This document shows positions 35,570 through 40,526 of a stretch of DNA of 40,526 nt, piece after piece. The stretch is taken from the NCBI RefSeq assembly GCF_001194135.2, contig NC_068982.1, positions 73,854,170 through 73,894,695 of the forward strand, in the 5' to 3' direction. Both the position numbers and the translations under genes were made by a program. The DNA is from Octopus bimaculoides (Eukaryota). The notes under the pieces are model-generated. The model did no database searches and was not told the DNA's origin. It saw nothing but the letters and a program-made list of their open reading frames with translations. The first letter of the stretch is position 1; each line of letters begins with the position of its first letter.

Positions 35570-35990
35570 TAAATCCAGGTCAACCCTGATCAGGCAGATC
35601 ATGATCAAGATCGCTTATAGCCATGATCATCCCATCTTTGTGTATCTCAAAATTGGTCAATCTCTCCTCTATTTAAGATTGCAAAGTGTAATATGAGATA
35701 TGGCTGCTATTTCTAGCTGCTCCAACGACCACGCAGAGGCTCTCTCGTCAGTTACTGTTGATTAACCATAGTCAGCTGTTGTTCAGCAGACCTCTGATCA
35801 ATTACGTTCCATCTTTGACCATCCCGTCCATTTTTCTAGTCATATTTAGGATTATATTATCCAATATACCCTTATTTTTTTCTTTTTTGTAAAATGTAAT
35901 GTATGATTTGAGGGAATGGGCTGCTATTTCTAGCGGATTGTATGACCAGATACAGGCTTCTTAAGGTTCTTGTTAAGCCTCAGATCAGCT
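35570..35990 (+). repeat. Two tandem decayed copies of an old interspersed repeat
   Basis: Shared motif (g)atttgaggga...ggctgctatttctagc, also seen at ~1915-2110 and in reverse at 7180-7290. Confidence 0.55.
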
Positions 35991-37540
35991 CTCATCGAGT
36001 TGACTCAACGATGAAGACGATCTAGCTATGACTATTTTGTCTTGTTACTCAAATGTCCATTTTTTAAAGACGATAGGGTGTAATATTAGGGAGCTTCAAT
36101 CTTATTTCTCCCAAGTCGAGCTGCTGCGTAGACAGAAGATCTTTTATTTGGAATGTAACTTTATAAAAGACACAAGGATTCCGGCTTTTTGTTATTTTTT
36201 GGAAATATGTTTAGGTTTCTTTAAGAATGACTCGTGGATTAAAAGCTCACACATACCCTTTCACATAAACACGTTTACACACAAGCACGCACATTTAAAC
36301 ACACCCACGTTTACGCATATTCACATTCATGCACACACACACACACATTCGTACGCACACACGCCTCGTCTATTTTTGCTAAGAAAATTCAAACTAGCAG
36401 ACAACTGGCATAAAATGTCATTAACACCCTTTTAATTAGGAAAAAAATAAATAAATAAAAATAACATCACAAGATTAATGTCGAAACGCGACCTGTATCA
36501 GACCCCCTCATACACCCAAGCTACAATCACTCAGTTGCTTTTTAAACTTTAAATTTTTTATTTGACTTTCATTGTTCAAAAGCTTTTGGGGATTTCCAAC
36601 TCTTTTATTTCATTCTACAAATGAAATAAAAGTAGGTTTGTTTTTCTTTCACTATGTTACCTTGTTATTTATTATAAGATTAGTCACAGTTATTTTTTTC
36701 TGTTTTTGAGAAAAAGAAGAAATATCGATGTTCTCATTTCCCCTCCCTCTCCTTGCTTCTCTTGATCTTTGAGTTATTCAGGTATAGCCGTATGATTAAG
36801 AACTTCGCTTTGCAAGCCCATAGTTTCGGGTTCAGTACTACTGCGCTGCATTTTGGGCAAATGTCTTCTGTACCCTCTCGGACCGACTAATGCATGGTGA
36901 GTGAATTTGGTTGACGGAAACTCTATGGGTACCCGTAGCACGTATACATACATACATACATATTCATGTGTGTGTTATTGAATAACAAGGGAACATAAAT
37001 TACGTAATCAGTTTCACTAGCTTACAGCTGTTTCTGCTATTAAAAAACAGTGTACTCACTCTCAGTACTGCATTTAAATGGCTCCGAGGAACCTATAAAA
37101 TATTGCACAAACACTCAGCTCTGAGTTCACTTCATCCGTAAGCTAATGAGGTTAATTACGTAATTCCTATTACTTGGTTCTTCGCCAAGCCTAAGCAAAA
37201 TCACACACATAGACAGGGGTGGCTGTGTGGTTAAGAAGTTTGCTTCCCAACTGTATGATTTTGGGGGTCAGTCCAACTGCGTGGCACCTTGAGATTCTAC
37301 TATAGCCTCGGGCCAACCATAGACTGTGAATAGATTTGGTAAACTGAAAGAAGCTCGTCGTGTGTGCCTGTGTATTTATATATATATATATATATNNNNN
37401 NNNNNNNNNNNNNNNNNNNNNNNNNNNNATATATAATCTTTCCAAGTGAGAAATTCCAAGAAGCTTTGAACAACAAAATGGTCATATTAAACACACGCAC
37501 GATATGTTTGGTGTCTACTTCAACTTTATTATTTTTGTTT

Positions 37541-37583
37541 GTTAAAGCTCTTTCGTCACACGTCCTGTGACCTCTTCAACAAC
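37541..37583 (-). ncRNA. Hammerhead-like motif (family A), C3U variant, left arm of palindrome
   Basis: Minus strand reads GTTG-TTGAAGA-G-GTCACA(GGACG)TGTGAC-GAAA-GAG-CTT-TAAC. Stem I is GTTG/TAAC. Confidence 0.55.
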
Positions 37584-37666
37584 TCTTTATTCCACGTGTC
37601 TCCTCCTGTTCTGCTTAGTCCAAAAAATGGACAAAGCAGAACAAGACGAGACGTGTGGGATAAAGA

Positions 37667-37709
37667 GTCACTGAAAAGGTCATAGGATGTGTGATGAAAG
37701 AACTTTGAC
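37667..37709 (+). ncRNA. Hammerhead-like motif (family A), G8A variant, right arm of palindrome
   Basis: GTCA-CTGAAAA-G-GTCATA(GGATG)TGTGAT-GAAA-GAA-CTT-TGAC. Stem I GTCA/TGAC is perfect; stem II is kept through G-U pairs. Confidence 0.5.
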
Positions 37710-38229
37710 AAAGAAACAAATAATAATAAAGCTGAAGTAAAGACCAAATATAAATATGTGTGTGTTTAATTGGCAAAATATGACCATCCCCAAGTATAAC
37801 AATATCTGTTTCAACACACAATTTCACATCAAGAATCTTGCAAAACAAATACATAAATGTATATATATAGGTATATGTGTGTGTGTGTATGTATATATCT
37901 GTGTATGTATATATCTGTGTATGTATATATGTGTATGTATATATATGTTTGTGTGTGTGTATATATATATATTACCCAGCTCTTCGAAACGCCGGTGTTA
38001 AAACGGGGGTAGCTGATGAAGGAAAATGTTCTCTATGTGACTTGTGTGTTTTCTTGTCTACGTTTTGTTTGCAATGTCCTGTACCCAGATATGCACCTAT
38101 ACATACAGGTGGATGTCGGTATGCACATACCTGTACGTATATATGCATATACTCATTTACTAATTGTTTATATATATATATATATATACATACACACAAA
38201 TGTGTGTGTGTGTATATATAAATATATAT

Positions 38230-38555
38230 ATGTTGCCTTCTAGCACTTGTGCTGGTGGCATGTTAGAAAATTATTCGAGCGAAGTCATTGCCAGTGCTGC
38301 TGGACTGGCTCCCGTGCAGGTGGCACGTAAAAAATACCTTTTTGAGCGTGGCTGTTGCCAGTACCTTGTGACTGGCTCTTGTGCCGTAAAAGCACCCACT
38401 ACACTCTCGGAGTGGTTGGCGTTAGGAAGAGCATCCAGCTATAGAAACTCCGCCAGATCAGATTGGAGCCTGGTGCAGCCTTCTGGCTTGCCAGTCCTCA
38501 GTCAAATCGTCCAACCCATGCTAGCATGGAAAGCGGATGTTAAACGATGATGATA
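38230..38555 (+). mobile_element. RTE LINE 3' UTR fragment
   Basis: High similarity to 21000-21320; ends ccatgctagcatggaaagcggatgttaaacgatgatgat. Confidence 0.85.
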
Positions 38556-38565
38556 TATATATATA

Positions 38566-38728
38566 GGCGCAGGAGTGGCTGTGTGGTAAGTAGCTTGCTT
38601 ACCAACCACATTGTTCCGGGTTCATTCCCACTGCGTGGCACCTTGGGCAAGTGTCTTCTACTATAGCCTCAGGCCGACCAAAGCCTTTTGAGTGGATTTG
38701 GTAGATGGAAACTGAAAGAAGCCCGTCG

Positions 38729-38763
<35 letters not shown>

Positions 38764-38975
38764 TTATATGTTTGTATGTCTGTATTTGTCCCTCCAACAT
38801 CGCTTGGCAACCGATGATGGCGTGTTTAAGTCCCCGTAACTTAGCGGTTTGGCAAAAGAGACCGATAGAATAAGTACTAGGCTTCCAAAGAATAAGTCCT
38901 GGGATCGATTTACTCGACTAAAAGGCGGTGCTCCAGCATGGCCGCAGTCAAATGACTGAAACAAGTAAAAGAGAG
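38566..38975 (+). mobile_element. SINE family 1, full length
   Basis: Near-identical to 2727-3171. Further full or partial copies at 5354-5756, 22438-22810, 36780-36935, 37215-37375, 39165-39340, 3330-3500, 3930-4110, 6160-6250, 6665-6790, 10975-11125 (+) and 10530-10750, 18122-18240, 27720-27900 (-). Confidence 0.88.
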
Positions 38976-39709
38976 TATACATATATATATATATAATGCT
39001 GCTGTTGGTGTGGCGCTAGTGAAGTTAGGCAGGTGCTTATCATGGTGTCAGATAGTTAATATTTTACAGTTCCTTTTCAGCTTGCACTGGCACAAGCTGT
39101 GTGTTTGCTGTTAAAATATTTATCAACATGTCAATGTGGGAGGTATTATATGAATATATATGCTTTTTTTGTCTCCCCCATTACTTGACATCTGATGTTG
39201 ATTTGTTTATGTCCCTGTGACTTAAAAGTTTGGCAAAAGAGAACAGCAATAAGTACCAGACTTCAAAATAATTACTGGGGTCGATTTGTTTGACTAGGTA
39301 CTCGAACATGGTTACAGTCCAAGTAAAAGTTTGATAAGTTATCAGTTTTTACTATTCCAGTGGTTATTGGCTGCTGCCCTTGGTCTTCAACAAAATCTGT
39401 CTAGGACTACTTTTTGCTCTCCCACTACTCCAAGCAAGCCTATTATGAAACCATCAAGAATATATCCTGATTGTATTTGGTTTATGCAGTACTCATTCCA
39501 CTCTGAAACAGTTACTCAACTTATTTCATGGGCAAATAAACCTTGAAGTGACACAGTTTTTGCATTCTATCTTTTCCCCAATCTGATATGCTTAGTGAGG
39601 GCTGTGTTTGTGCTATTACTCAAGGTGAACATTCGTATCAGTGGAGAAGTGGAAGTGACTTACTTCTCTACCAGGTCTGTTATAATGTGTGTATATTTGA
39701 GTGTGTGTT

Positions 39710-39745
<36 letters not shown>

Positions 39746-39949
39746 ATCATTATTATTAATAATCAGCAGAAATGACTGAATGACTCGAGGGCTGAGAATT
39801 GTGCGTTGGCATTTATCAAACTTTGATATATCTCGACCCGAATCATTTGGTAACTATTAATTATAAATAAGTATATACTCATGTTTTGTGTTCTATTTTC
39901 CTGCTTGCATCACTAAACCTAATCACACACACACACACACACAACACAC

Positions 39950-39990
<41 letters not shown>

Positions 39991-40221
39991 ATAAAAAGTC
40001 GGGGGGAATCAGAGATGAATATATTTAACTAACCACATAACATCCTTAGGGTTATGGCCATTTTGCAGACTACTTGATGTAATAATAATTTCAATGTGGA
40101 AGAAATTGATAACATGTTTGTGTTAATATGCATGCTACACATTATGCAATACAATTGTATATTCACAATATAAATTTTAAATAACATTTGTGTTCTTTAC
40201 AAACACAATACACACTATATA

Positions 40222-40526
40222 GTGGAGTTGCAATGGCCCAGTGGTTAGGGCAGCGGACTCACGGTCATAGGATCGCGGTTTTGATTCCCAGACTGGGCGT
40301 TGTGAGTGTTTATTGAGCGAAAATACCTAAAGCTCCATGAGGCTCCGGCAGGGGATGGTGGCGAACCCTGCTGTACTCTTTCACCACAATTTTCTCTCAC
40401 TCTTACTTCCTGTTTCTGTTGTACCTGTAATTCAAAAGGTCAGCCTTGTCACACTGTGTCACGCTGAATATCCCCAAAAACTACATTAAGGGTACATGTG
40501 TCTGTGGAGTGCTCAGCCACTTGCAC
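40222..40526 (+). mobile_element. SINE family 3, cut by the window end
   Basis: Near-identical to 11401-11705. Confidence 0.88.

Larger units (their letters stand above)
1284..37428. other. Eight assembly gaps (span given; gaps are discontinuous)
   Basis: N runs at 1284-1313, 18314-18908, 19965-20188, 22184-22417, 26565-26741, 27980-28879, 29440-30292 and 37396-37428. Most abut (TA)n or (CA)n tracts. Confidence 0.98.
37478..37787. repeat. 310-bp imperfect inverted repeat of family A hammerhead repeat ends
   Basis: atggtcatatt (37478) mirrors aatatgaccat (37787). Centre is gtcca-aaaaa-tggac at 37618-37632. The arms align along their length with indels. Confidence 0.85.

Overview
AT-rich animal genomic DNA with eight N gaps. 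Its SINE repertoire looks octopus/cephalopod-like, an inference from recalled repeat families. One protein-coding gene is supported: KXD1 (BORCS4, KxDL-motif protein) on the minus strand. Its first coding exon (33749-33628) splices in phase to a second exon (4762-4610) across a ~28.9 kb repeat-filled intron; the third exon was not found in the window. The rest is mostly transposon debris: three tRNA-derived SINE families, RTE-clade LINE fragments (one with a twin-priming-type inversion), a Dong/R4-like endonuclease remnant, a DD41D (rosa) Tc1/mariner fold-back derivative, piggyBac-like MITEs and microsatellites. The most interesting non-obvious signal is five minimal hammerhead-ribozyme-like motifs from two repeat families. 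They occur as a single copy with an intact core (849-893), a tandem pair with an A6U core variant (1140-1398), and an inverted pair inside a 310-bp palindrome (37478-37787); stem I covaries between copies. These resemble Penelope-like or retrozyme-type elements. None of this has been tested by search or experiment.
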